Positions 26,842 through 40,165 of a stretch of DNA of 64,000 bases are shown here, in pieces. The stretch lies in assembly GCF_009914755.1 (NCBI RefSeq), contig NC_060925.1. One strand, written 5' to 3'. Source of the stretch: the human T2T-CHM13v2.0 reference genome, Homo sapiens. How positions within the stretch are numbered: position 1 is the first letter of the stretch; each line of letters starts with the position of its first letter. The notes below the pieces were generated by a model that saw nothing but the letters and a program-made list of their open reading frames with translations, did no database searches and was not told the DNA's origin. A program made the translations under genes and the position numbers.

Positions 26842-29043
26842 GGACATAAATTACCAAGAGGAATACAGCTGATAAATAAGTGTCCAAGTAGAAAGGAAAT
26901 ATAATTCTAAGAACAGTAAATATTTGGTGCACTTCTTTTTTACTTTATTGATATAAAAGTTAAAACATGCATAAAGAAAAATATGTTCAAAGATTTGTAA
27001 TGAAAAGTGGCAGACTGCTAACTCACTCTTTCCCTACATGTCCAGTCCTCCTTTTCAGAGGCCACCACTTTCAGCTCTTTCATCTTCCAAAAAATAGGCT
27101 ATCTCTTGATTTATCAATTTCTGTGTTAGCCATTGACCTTCAACTATGGTAGATGAGTATTTAGCTCTCTTATACTATCATCTCCATGTTTTCTTAGAAT
27201 ATGTCTTGAGTAAGCAAATATTCAGCTTTTACTTTTTTTTACTATGTAAAGATTGTTTCTTATTAAATCAATAAATGTTCCATGATGATGTTTCTTCTGT
27301 GTAACTTTTTATATTCCCTGGAGTTATTACTTACCTTCTTCTCCATTTGCATAATTTTCTTCACATCTCTTGTCGAAGTTTCTCCACACCCTGTAAAAAT
27401 CTTTCAATATAATCTTTCTCTCTGAAAATTTCATCCTACAAGTAATTGATAAATTGTTTTGATGTGTAATTGTATGTTAAAAGTTATTTCTATTCTGTTT
27501 TAAGCCATTGTTATCTGTCATTCTGCTTTGTGAAAAATTTTCTTTGCATTATTCCTTTCCTAATTCTTTTTTCTTTGTTTTCTCAGATCTTTTTTACTGG
27601 AGCTCCTCTAGTCAGAAATCAAATTCTCTAATAGCTCTTCAACTTCTTTTTGAATTTTATATTCCTTATTTCCATTTTATTGTCCTTTTGTTTTACTTTC
27701 TAGGAGAGTTCTTTGGTATTAAGTTCCAGTTTTTCTATCAACTTGTGTTTTCTGCTCTCATATTTTTACTTCACTAAAGCTTTTTTCTTTTTAAAATAGC
27801 AGCTTGTACTTGTTTAATGGATGCAATATCCTTTCTAATACTTCTTAGAAAGTTTATTTTAGATTTTAGTGATGCTTGGTTCTGCTTTTTGCATCATCTC
27901 AACTTCATCTAAATTGGTTTTTTGTTTGTTTACTTATCTCTCCATCTTTTATGTTAGATGCTTTCCTCAGACATCTGTTGATCTTTTGCTGTTTTATTCA
28001 TATTTTAAAATAAGGCACAGAAATGTTAGTTTAATTCCTTGTCCTGCCTGAGCCAGGTTGACTGGTGGTTTTTACTGTAGAAGTGACTTTCTGTGGATGG
28101 GCCACTACCTATGGCCATTCAGTGTTTCCAACAAAATAGCACTAATTTGACCAAATCTGTAGTCAAAGTTTGATTCTACTTGAATTTTTTGGAAATTTGC
28201 TGTTGTGTTACTTATTCTTTGCCTTGTTCTCTGTGAAGTCCTTTCCTAAAAAAACAAACTTATACAATTTAGTTCACAAAACTTTGTTGACCTCTTTCTC
28301 TGTAGAAATGAAAACTAAATATATATAATTAAGAAATAAAAAAAAATTCTCTAATCTCTTGCCAGGAGTGCAAGTATCTGGGAATTGGTAATTGAGGTGG
28401 TGAGTAGGATGCTGTTCTCACCGTTCAGTATGAAACCTTTCACTTAATTTTCAGTATAGTGTCATACTTTGTGCCTGGTGCCTGCTGTTCACCCATCCAC
28501 CCAAATCCCCCAGATCATAAACCTCCTGAACCTGAGGGGAGGAGGGGAGGAAGATTTTCCTGGAGTGTTAGAACCTGGAGGGAGCTTGGAGAGTGTTTTA
28601 TATGTAGGCTTTTAAGCAAGCCCTGTGCATCATCTATGCCTTCTGAGATATCTGAAGATTCTAATGCCTGAGGGTTTCTGGGTTTAAGTAGGAAAAATAG
28701 GATGGGATGTCACTGGTGTCCCCCTCTGAACAGGTCACTGTTCTTCATTCCTTGTAAGTCTAGTACCACTCCCTGTCTGTTTCCCAATATAAGTTATAAT
28801 TTGGGGTCGCTGCTGTCTGCTGGTTTCACTGAATATGTAGCTTACTGGATGTTTACAATTGTCCACATTTTTTTGAATGCGGGGAGGTGGGATGCATTTC
28901 TGAGAGGATGAGACAGGGCAAGAAATTCACCACTATCCTAAAACTGGAAGTCTTCTAATGAATAATTTCAAAGTACAGTCGTGTACAACTTTTATAGAAG
29001 GACTTTTGAAATAATGTTTTTCCAAAAGTATGGCATCCAGAAT

Positions 29044-29528
29044 TTTCTTTAATGCTACCATGCAACAAAACCTTTATTAACATTTTGAACAGGTTCAACT
29101 ATTACTGAAACTTGTAATTTCTAAACTTAAGTGGGGGCAGATGGCTATAGTGCAGTGTAATGCCATCACTGAGCACTGCAAATGCAAGACTGAAGAACTA
29201 ACAGCCACATCTCAGACGCTGGACCAGGTACAGGGTCAACTCTTTCTGGATGTTGTAGTCAGAAAGAGTACAGCCATCTTCTAGCTGCATGCCTGCAAAG
29301 ATGAGCCTCTGCTGGTCGGGGAGGATGCCTTCCTTATCCTGGATATTGGCCTTCACATTTTCGATGGTGTCACTGGGCTCCACTTCAAGGGTGATGGTCT
29401 TGCCAGTCAGGGTCTTCACGAAGATCTGCATTTTGACCTGTTAGCAGATACGAGGATGCTGCGAATCGCCAGTCATGTCCAGCCACAGGAACACCTCCAC
29501 ACGCTCACCCGACAAAGCCATTCACCCC
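29044..29528 (-). pseudogene. UBBP2: Processed UBB (polyubiquitin-B) retrocopy with a single ubiquitin unit; ORF 29431-29198 intact (77 aa)
   Basis: ORF is ubiquitin with 8 substitutions plus the UBB-type extra C-terminal Cys. Intronless UBB-like 5' UTR (…gctaacag|gtcaaaATG). UBB-like 3' UTR with AATAAA (tttatt 29073-29078) and a degraded poly(A) near 29044-29050. Flanking direct repeat tccagaat at 29036-29043 and 29529-29536. The UBBP2 symbol rests on my recall that it lies inside SPATA17; UBB origin is much surer than the number. Confidence 0.9.
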
Positions 29529-31609
29529 TCCAGAATATTTTATTCATACATATAGTTTTTATTTTTATGTATATTTGAATGTGGTAGATGTAGGATATAA
29601 ACACAAAAGCCTGAATTCTTCCCCCAGGAACCTTACCATCTAGTGGATGAGATGAAATTTGCAGGGGGAATTACTGTGATGCAAAACAAAAAAAATATAA
29701 AAGGACTGTGAGAAAGGTATGATTATGCACCATAGGCATTCAGGGTAGGGAAATTTAATTTACGTCTGAAGAGAGAAGGATTTCCTGGAGGAAGTAGCAT
29801 TTTTACTTGAGACTTAATGTTTGGGTAGGATTTGCACCTACTAAGAACTTAATAAATATTTGCTGAATATAATTAATGCTGTTCAGCTTTGGTGGTTTGA
29901 CATTTTTCTTTTTACTTCTGTTACTAGTGAATATTCTTCAGTGTGGTGTGTCAGCAGCGATCAGTTTATCTTATTCTTGTCTCAGTTTTCCTGAGAGAAA
30001 TTAACAAAAACACTTCTATAGAGAAAATGCACCATTCAATGACAGTTATTGATATATCCTATAATTACAAAAAAAAGTTTCCTGTGAGAATTCCATCATA
30101 TTAATGATGCATGTATACTATCAAGAATTATAAATATTGAGTAAGAAAGCTCCAGGTTCACATGTTCCCAGATGTTCCCAGATGGGGCTACTAGATTAGC
30201 AATTTTTCAAAAACATAAGCAGTAATTAGAAATCTTTCATAATTCCTTTTAGAAACAGCATTTGATTTTAATTCTTTCATTTAAAAAACCTTGTAAGAAA
30301 AAACTGTGACAGAACTATTGACATTTTTATAGCTTGACAAAAATTAAGCATAATTAAAGTGAAATATTTGTTGCATAAATTAAACTGCAATTAATATGTT
30401 TTCTGTGACTGCTTGAAGGGTAAGATTAAAATGGTGTTGTTAGCAGACTCCCTGCTGTGAGACTAATTTCTTGATTTTTATACCACACAGTATCAAACAC
30501 ATTCTCACAGTAAAAGAGTAAACTAATAAGTAGAAAACACTGTCTGATGAAAATGGTATACAGAAGGAGATAGACTGCCTTTTATGAAGACAAGGCAATA
30601 TTGCTTTTTATTTTGAGATTTGATGACTAGTTGATTCGAAGGCTATCATTTGCACATTTAAAGACTTTAAGATAAGTCTAAAGTTGCCCTTCATTTGTTA
30701 GCTATGCCTTTTAAATTAGCCAGCTGACTGTTTCAGGAGTATTTGCCTTTTCAGGAGGTAATTAGAAAATGAACAAGACATGTTATGCAACGGCCTCCCC
30801 TCCAGCTAACCAAGAAATAATAATAAATCCCATCAAAAAACTGAAGGGTGAACAATTTCAAGGAAAATGAATGAAACATGTACCCTGTTAGCTCTCCTCT
30901 TGGAGAACGATCACTTTTCCTCACCAGAGCCCACAGTTACGAAAAGAATACCTGACATTGACAAAAGTTAGTTATTGCCATCTTTAAAAAAATTGCCAGC
31001 TGCTACCTGCCCAGACAATGCATCAAGTGTTATTTCTATGTGAATTTTTTCTAATTACTTTTTAACCTTAGATACTATTTGTGGCATCAATGAAAGAAAT
31101 AGGTAATCATTATTAATAGTTCTCTTTACTTCTGCAATGTCTCTCTTGGGCATTGCTGCCTAAAGAATATAAATACACCAATGGGAATTAGAAATTATGG
31201 GCTAGGTATCATTCACTGGCTGGATTATTATATACTTCTTCTTTGGGGGCAGTGATGAAATCAATGCATGTTGTGTGATGACAACATCAGGATTTGACAG
31301 TGCCTTTTGAAAGAAGTGAAATTAACAGAACTCTTTCCACATGCAAAGCTATGGTGCCCTTCTCTTGCCACCAACAGAGAAAAGGCACGCTGTTTCATTG
31401 CTTGATGCTGTGGCCCTACATTCTGCATTGCAAATCCCAAATGCATTAACAGGTTTCAGATGTTGGAAAACTTTCCCCCCCAAAAAATCATAGAGCAAAT
31501 AAATCAATCTTTCTAGCATGGTTTATAAGGTTTTGGTAACTTGAAGTGATCCTAGTGTTACAGTGACAAATTGGTGGGTGTAACTATGAGCTGAGGTTGC
31601 ATGATTACA

Positions 31610-31925
31610 CTCTCACCTCCTTTGGGTTTGTCCTCAAATGATACCTCAGAGTAGCCTTTCCTGACCACCTGATTTGAAATTCAAAGCCCTTTCCCAATTC
31701 CCTCAGTCCTTCTCCACTACCCTGTCTTATGTTCACAGCACTTATTATCATATAACTTACTTGTTTCTTCTCTGTGTCTCCTCACTGGAGATTTAAGTTC
31801 CATGAAGTCAGGAATTTTTGCATGACTGGTTCATTGCTGTATTCTCACTGCCTAGAATACTGCTTGGCTTAAGTAGGCACTTGATTAATATTTTTTAAAA
31901 GAAAGAGTGAATGAATAAATGAATG
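31610..31925 (+). mobile_element. L2 3' end (L2a-like)
   Basis: gcctttcctgaccacc…aagttccatgaagtcaggaa…ttcattgctgtattctc…gcctagaa…agtaggcact…tgaatgaataaatgaatg. Confidence 0.85.
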
Positions 31926-32368
31926 TTTATAAACAAATCCTTCAAAAAGAGCAGAAAGAAATTAGTCTAACAAACATGATTATTCCTGATGGTAATATGA
32001 ACATCTAGGTTTAGTAGAGGATCATGAGAGTAATGTTTATAATGCTTCGCTTATTCATTACCTTATTTTTTATGTCAGTGAAATTACACTTAAATGAAAA
32101 TTATTTCATATTAAACTAAACATCAGGTTATAATCTATATATGGTTAGTGTTAGTGTTCATAAAGAATTATTTACAATTCACCCCTTAAATAATAGTAGA
32201 CAATATTTTCAACTCATTAGTTCATTTTATGTATTCATGTTCTCATTCATTTAGTGGCTTGTTCAATGTTACTCGTATCCCAGGAGTCATTGTATCTGTG
32301 ATATTCTGGTAGAATGTACAAGTTTATGCCATAGTGAGTGTGTCATGAAAGAGCTTGACTGTCTTATA

Positions 32369-33165
32369 GCAATCAATTCTTGTTATCTGCAGTAGTTATG
32401 TTCTATAAAGTCACCTCAAACACTGAATTGGTGAATAACGAACCATTGTTCCTACAGAGAAAATAGGATTACGTTTCTGCTAGACTTTGGTCAACATTTT
32501 TGCCAACCAATCAGTGCATAATAGTGTTTTATGTGTGCTTCCATTTAAAAACACCCTAACTGACATATATTTTGACTCATTAGCATTGAACTTGTGGCCA
32601 ATAGCACTATAACTCATGCTTGAATGAAGCTTATCTAGCATGTATGTTCTCTACATTACACTTAAGGAACACTAGGCAGAATTTCAGCAGTACACTTAGG
32701 GTTATTAAAAGAAAAACTTCAGCCAAATTAAATTTAAAGGAGTTTAATTGAGCAATGAACGATTCGTGAATCGGGCAGCCCCCAGAATCATAGCAGATTC
32801 AGAGAGACTCCAGGGGTGCCTCATGGTCAGAACAAATTTATAGGCAAAAAAAGTAAAGTGACATACAGAAATTGGAAGTGAGGTACAGAAACAGCTGGAT
32901 TGGTTAGAGCTCAGCATTTGCCTTATTTGAACAGTTTGAACACTCAGCAGTATGTGAGTGGTTGAAGTATGGCTGCTGGGATTGGCCAAGACTCAGCAAT
33001 TGTTACAGGCACATACTCTTACGTCAGGTTTTCAATCTTGTCTACCTATTAAGTTAGGTTGCAGTTCATCCACAAAAACACTGCGAATATTGATTTTGAG
33101 GTTACAAATAAATTTTAGCAAGTTGGCAAATTTCAAATAAGGAACCTGTGAATAGTGAGGATCTC
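32369..33165. mobile_element. MER82 (TcMar-Tigger), split into 32369-32703 and about 33076-33165
   Basis: gtagttatgttctataaagtc…aacactgaatt… and tattgattttgaggttacaaataaattttagc…gaatagtgaggat. Confidence 0.8.
32704..33075 (-). mobile_element. MER57-family ERV1 LTR (MER57A1-like), 5' end missing
   Basis: aaacttcagccaaattaaatttaaaggagtttaattgagcaatgaacgattcgtgaatcgggcagccccc… closely follows the MER57 reverse complement; TATA and CCAAT boxes on the - strand. Confidence 0.85.
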
Positions 33166-34503
33166 CAGTAGCAGTGTTCTTATAAAGAAGTCATCACTGA
33201 ACACACCATCATATTAAGGATAAATCTAGGCATTATCTTCCTCTCAAAATAGGGTCACTCTGAGAAGTCCTGTATTTCTATTTAAATAAAATTTAATATG
33301 ATATGTTTCAGGCCCTGTGATGGTACTGGGAACACAACAAACAAGACTGATACAACTTCCTTCTCCCCCATAGATAAATCTGTCACTAACTTTTCTCTAT
33401 TCTTTCTCTCTTCCCTGATTTCTATCATTCCCCCAAATACTTTGAAACCCAGGTAATTGAATGTACGGAGAGACCTGGCACAGCATCTACTAGCTGGAAA
33501 AAAAAAGTTTTCCATGTGTGTACTTTGGGAGGACCCTGATGATGTCCAGGGCATGCGACTTCCATTTCCTTCACTTGGTTTCTAGAGTGACAGGGTTGAG
33601 TGAGAGAGTAAGGATGTGCTACTCCAGAAGTCTCAAACTTTTAACAAGTTCACGGTTTCCCCAGGGCCACATCTGTTTATTCATTTATTTAGTCATTCTT
33701 TCAGCTAAATAACATTTGTCAAGTCCCTACTTTGTAGTAGACACTGTGCTAAATCCTGGGAATACAACTGTGAACAAAATGTAACCTGGCTTTTAGCAGT
33801 TACTCCCCTTCTTGAGCATTTTCTTGCAGTACCTCATTATTTGGATGCATTCAGTTTTTCTCCTAGTAAGAAACACTTAGTGTTGTAGCAGGAGAAAACT
33901 TAGGATGCTACAATCTCAGTTTCAATTGTTATTCCCCATTTCATTTGGTTCTTCTTAAACCATTCTGATACTGTCTCTGAACGTTTTTGCAGCATATTTT
34001 CCCACAGATTAACTACATGCAAGCCAAATGTTCCCTTTAGTGCCAGTTTCATATAGCCTTTCTCCTTTTTAAATTGACACATCTTTGTATATGAAAATAA
34101 TGTTGCTGGAATATCTTACCATGGTATCACTAGCTCTATGATAAAACCACTAACAGGCTACAGATCATTCTAACTAACACATTGTATCTAGTTAGATGTT
34201 CAATTTCAGGTACTTTTATTTAGATGACATGTTTTTGTGTTTTTGGTTGTAATTAAATAGTTGAAACCAAATTTTCATGTACATCTGCCTTTCTATACCT
34301 ACATCTGTTTCTATAATTAAATCTCTTCCTTCTGACATATCTTTATATCTTGTATTACTTTTATCATGGCCTAATACATATGCCACTGAATACAATGAAC
34401 TGGTCAAACAAGGAACTCGATCATTTATCCTTCAGTTTGCATGTCTGTCATGTGGGCCTGTCAAGTCCATAAAGATGGGGAAAGGACTAAATATGAGAAC
34501 TAA

Positions 34504-34839
<336 letters not shown>

Positions 34840-35041
34840 TAAGAAGGAAGATACAGTATATAAAAACAGGAAAAGAATCAGTAGAAACTCGAGGATAAGT
34901 TTACAATTTAGATATACCCACATTGAAATAAAAGCAGGAATGTGTATACTAAAGTCAAATATAAATGACCTTTGATTAGCAACTATTTAGGATTATTCAT
35001 CTACAGTTTTTTAAAAGTGTATTTGAGTTTCTTAGTTAGAG

Positions 35042-35250
35042 AATAGCTAACACTTGTTAAGTACTTGCTATGTGCTGGACACTGTTTTAATTGCTTCACA
35101 TGGATAAACTCATGTATTCATACTTTCAGGTTATTTTATCTGTTTTCAAATTAGGAAACAAACACGGCAGAGGCTAAATAACTTTTCCAAGATCACAAAG
35201 TCCTTAAAGATAAACCTGGATTTCAAACTCAGGCAGCTTGACTCCAAAGC
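35042..35250 (-). mobile_element. MIR SINE
   Basis: aatagctaacactt…tacttgctatgtgc…cagaggctaaataacttttccaagatcaca…ggatttcaaactcaggcag. Confidence 0.85.
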
Positions 35251-37412
35251 AGTATTGCCTCTGAGCAGAAGTAATAAGAAAGTTTTCACATGACCCCTGT
35301 AATCACCAGTGAGACTCTGGCCATCACACAATATGCAAAGGAACTTCGTTTCCTGTTTAGATTCAGACTGATAATGCATCATCCACTCATCAGCTAAAAT
35401 TTTTTTCTCTGGGAACATGTACACATGGTTTGATTGAAGAATGCATAATAAATCCTAAATCTCTGAGCTTTAGAACAACACAAATAACTAAGATTGAATA
35501 CTTGAGGATATTTTCCTGAAAACAGTGAACAGAAAAAAGGGGAGAAGTCCTACAACTGTAACAGTTTCCTGTATATTCTTTTGTCAGAACTGTAGAGATC
35601 CTCATGTCATCACAGTTTTCTACATGCAATGAGAGCAAAGTTTGATCTTGCAGGAATAATGCCGGGTGATCTTTTAAACCTGCCTGTAAACTCTCATTTA
35701 GAGTCTGAAAAGTCTCCAGTGCTAACCAGACTTAGTTGAAGTCTCGTTCAGGATATAAGGAAATATTTTTGATTAAAATAGTATTTATACGTAGCGAGAA
35801 GTTCTTGCCATGCTCCTTTTTTCTAACTCTAGTAGAAAAATCTTTGCCATATTTTAAAGCTGAATATGTAAGACATTATAAGCTGGCTGAAAAATATGTG
35901 CATAACCCTTGATTTTCATCTTATCTCTCTAATCTCAAAAGTTTTGTCTCCTATGGTGTAACAGCGCTGTCCCGCTTACTAACATCGAAGTATTTAAGCA
36001 CTCAGTTGTGAGTATCTGGTGAAAAGCCTTAAATAACTAGAGAAACAGTGCAGCTGCCAACCTAAAGTAATCTTACACTTAGTGGGTGAGTGGCCCAGGA
36101 AATGTGCTCTTTATCATTTTGACTTGGGTTTGAAAAAGGACCTGGGCTGCATTCCAGCTCAGAGAGCCGTTCACTTCCAAAGACTCCTAAATTGTCCCAA
36201 GGAGCTCATTTTGGCAGTGGATTATTTGTGTTTGGCTGGGCATCCTAATAGCAGAAGCCGTCTGCTTTGGCAAGCAAGGGCTATGGCAGCATTTAAAATT
36301 ACCATCCCTAGTGTTTTTTCTTGATGAGGTTATTTTTCAGAAAAGCAGTTCCCCAACCCCCATTTAAAAAGTGACACTGTGCAAGTGTGCAGGTGGTTTT
36401 CTTGAGCTCATAGTTTCCCATGATCGGATGACATGTTTTATCATATCAGAGGCAAATTTTAAACAAATGCTAATCAACACCAGATTTCTCCCAAAACCAA
36501 AGTTCTCCTGATGGTATCTTCACCTCTTCCTGTACCAGAGGTCACAGCTATTGGTTGACTAGAGCTATGTAAGAATGTGAGATTTTAGATTTAAAAATAA
36601 GAGCAATAAAGAGTTTCTGAAAGATTTTGTTTTGGAGGACATAGAAGGTGCATACTTGAAGCGGTCAGTCCTTGTTTATCTGTACTATTGTCTGACACCA
36701 GATAAGACCAAGTTTTGGTTACCATTGGTTGGAAGCTAGCATAGTGTCAGACACATTGCAGACACCAAAATGTTACTTGAATGCACAAAAGAAGGTCTAA
36801 CTCAGAATTAAGTGATGCTTCATTATATCAGATGAGTCCAAAATTAAGTACACAAGAAGATCCACAGAAATGAAGAAAATATTAGAACTTCTATTTATGT
36901 TTATTTTTATCTCATTTGTATATATATTTAGCATTATATTATATTCCCACAATATTACACATGGATAATTTAACACAAATGAATAGGCATGTATTGAATG
37001 TGCTTATTGAAAATAGTTCTGCTGATGACATGGTATCATCAAAGTCCTGTTTCACCACATTATTGCCCCAAAATTAGTCTCCTGTAAGTGCCAATGGAAT
37101 TGATTTAATTTTTGAAAGAACATGGTAGGTATAATATGAATAGACTTCTATTATTTAAGGAATGAGAGAGGAAAATACTAGTGTTAAGAGCCAGATAGTT
37201 TGTCTTGTTTAATCACAATCCTGTGAGGTAGATATCCCCATGTTACAGATTACAAAACAGAATGAGTTAGCAAGTGTTTCCTGTGCTTCTATTTTCTAGA
37301 ACAAATTACAGAAAATAGATATCATTTCTTCCTTATTGGGTAGAATTCACCAGTGAAACCATCTTTTCCTTTTTGGAAGCTTATTTATTATTGATTCAGT
37401 TTTTTAAAATAA

Positions 37413-37548
37413 AGCTGGGCATGGTGGCAGTAGTCCCAGCTACTTGGGAGGCTGAGGTGGGAGGATCCCTTGAGCCCAGGAGTTCAAGGCCAGCCTGGGC
37501 GACATAGCAAGACAACTTCTCTTAAAAAAATAATAAAATAAAATTATA
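37413..37548 (+). mobile_element. FLAM_A-like monomer
   Basis: gctgggcatggtggc…tagtcccagctact…ttgagcccaggagttcaaggccagcctgggc plus A-rich tail. Confidence 0.8.
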
Positions 37549-37856
<308 letters not shown>

Positions 37857-37861
37857 TTATA

Positions 37862-38170
37862 TATGTGTATAAATTTATATATGTAGAAAATTATATAGAG
37901 AGAAATGTTTATATTATACATAAATTTATATATAATTAAAACATAATTTTATATATAATATATAAAATTTTATATAATATAAAATTATAAATATATTTTA
38001 AAATATTTATATACATAATATATAATATATAAAATTTTATATATTATGTATATAAATAATATATGTAAAAGTTATATCTAAAAATTCTCCATATATAATT
38101 TTCTATGTGTATACATTTATTCTTCTCTATATATGTAATTTTCTATATATATAATTTCTATAGGTTTATA
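37862..38170. repeat. AT-rich low-complexity, palindromic tract
   Basis: Almost pure A/T; near-perfect hairpin at 38004-38058. Confidence 0.85.
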
Positions 38171-38222
38171 ATGTTATTTTATTATTTTTTAAGAGAAGGG
38201 GTCTTGCTACGTATATATATAA

Positions 38223-38505
<283 letters not shown>

Positions 38506-40165
38506 ATAATATTTATCTTTTTAACACTCATAGGATTAGAAGTGATGGCCCATTTTTCAGTCCTGATATTAGTAATTTGTGTCTTCTCTCTTTTGTCTTG
38601 GTTCACCTGGTTATGAGTTTATCAATTCTGTTGATGATTTCAAGAGCAGGCTTTTGATTTTGTTGGTTTTCTCTATTGTTTTCCTGTTCATAATTTTGTT
38701 GATTTTTGCTCTGATTTTATTATTTCTTTGCTTCTGCTTACTTTGTAATTAATTTGCTCTTTTTAATATAGTTTTCTAAAGTGGAAGCTTTGATTATTGA
38801 CTTTAGATTTTTCTTCTTTTCTAGTATATGCATTTAGTGCTATCCATTTTCCTCTAGGCACTGCTTTTGCTGCATCTCACAAATCTGATGGGTTGTATTT
38901 TCATTTTTATTTAGTTAAAAATATTTTTTATTTCTCTTGAGACTTTTCCTTTGACCCATGTGTTATTTAGAAGTGCATTGTTTAATCGCTAAACACTTTG
39001 AGATTTTCCAGCAATCTTTCTGTTACTGATTTCTAATTTAATTCCACTGTGGTCCAAGAGCAGACGTTGTATGATTTCTCTTCTTTTAAATTTGTTAAGT
39101 TGTGTTTTATGGCCCAAGATGTGGTCTATCTTGGTGAATGTTCAGTGTGAGCTCTGTAAGAATGAGTATTCTGCTGTTGTTGGATTAAGCAGTCTATAGA
39201 TGTCAATTATATACAGTTTTATGGTAGTACTCTTCAATTATATTCTGCCTGCTGGATCTGCCAATTATGGATAAAGGGGTGTTGAAGTCTCCAACTACAA
39301 TAATGAATTTGTCTATTTCTTCTTGCAGTTCTATCAATTTTTGCCTCATAGATTTTCACACTCTATTGCTAGGCACTTTATTACTATATAATGCTCCTCT
39401 TTATTCCTAATAATTTTCCTTATTCTGAAATCTATTTTGTCTGAAATTAATATAGCTACTCCAGCTATATTTTGACTAGTGTTAGCATGGTATATCTTTC
39501 TGCATCTCTTTACTTTTACCCTGTGTTTTCACATTAAAAGTGAGTTTCATGTCGACGACATATAGTTGGTTCTTCTTTTTTATCCAGTCTTGTTCTTTTA
39601 TTGATGCATTTAAACTATCCACATTTAAAGTGATTATTAATATAGTTGATCAATATATACCAAATTTGTAACTTGGTCTTCATTTTCTTATTTGTTTTGC
39701 TTTTGTCTCCCACTCCTAGTCTTCTCTAGTTTTAAACATTTTATATTATTTAATTTTCTTTCACTCAGCATATCAAAATTTTTCTGTAGCGATTGTTCTA
39801 GAGTTTGGAGTATACATTTATGACTAATCCCAGTCCACTTTCAAATAACACTATACTGCTTCAGGGGTAGTGCAGTTACCTTATAACAGATTATTCCTGA
39901 TTCCTTCCTCCCATTTCTTATAACATTGCTGTCATTTATTTCCCTTGTTCACAAGCGATAATGATGAATGGCATTGTTGTTATTATTATTTAGAACAAAG
40001 ACTGTTATCTTTTAGGTCAACTAAGAATAAGAAAAATAAAAGGTTTTATTTCATCTTCATTTATTCCTTCTCTTTATTTCTTTATGTAGAGCTGAATTTC
40101 TAACCCATATCATTTGCCTCTCACTGAAAACTTCTTTTAACATATCTTGCAAGGCAGGTCTACTT
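38506..40165 (-). mobile_element. Old L1M (L1MB/MC/MD-type) ORF2 region; continues at about 37290-37412
   Basis: tttatcaattctgttgat…ttttgctgcatctcacaaat…ttgacccatgtgttatttagaagtg…ggggtgttgaagtctccaac. Confidence 0.85.

Noticed and set aside
30770-30790. p53/p63-like element (gaacaagacatgtt)
   Set aside because: Only one good half-site; the second overlaps and mismatches.
33853-33900. Small hairpin (agtttttctcct…aggagaaaact) as a pre-miRNA
   Set aside because: Stem too short and interrupted for a Drosha substrate.
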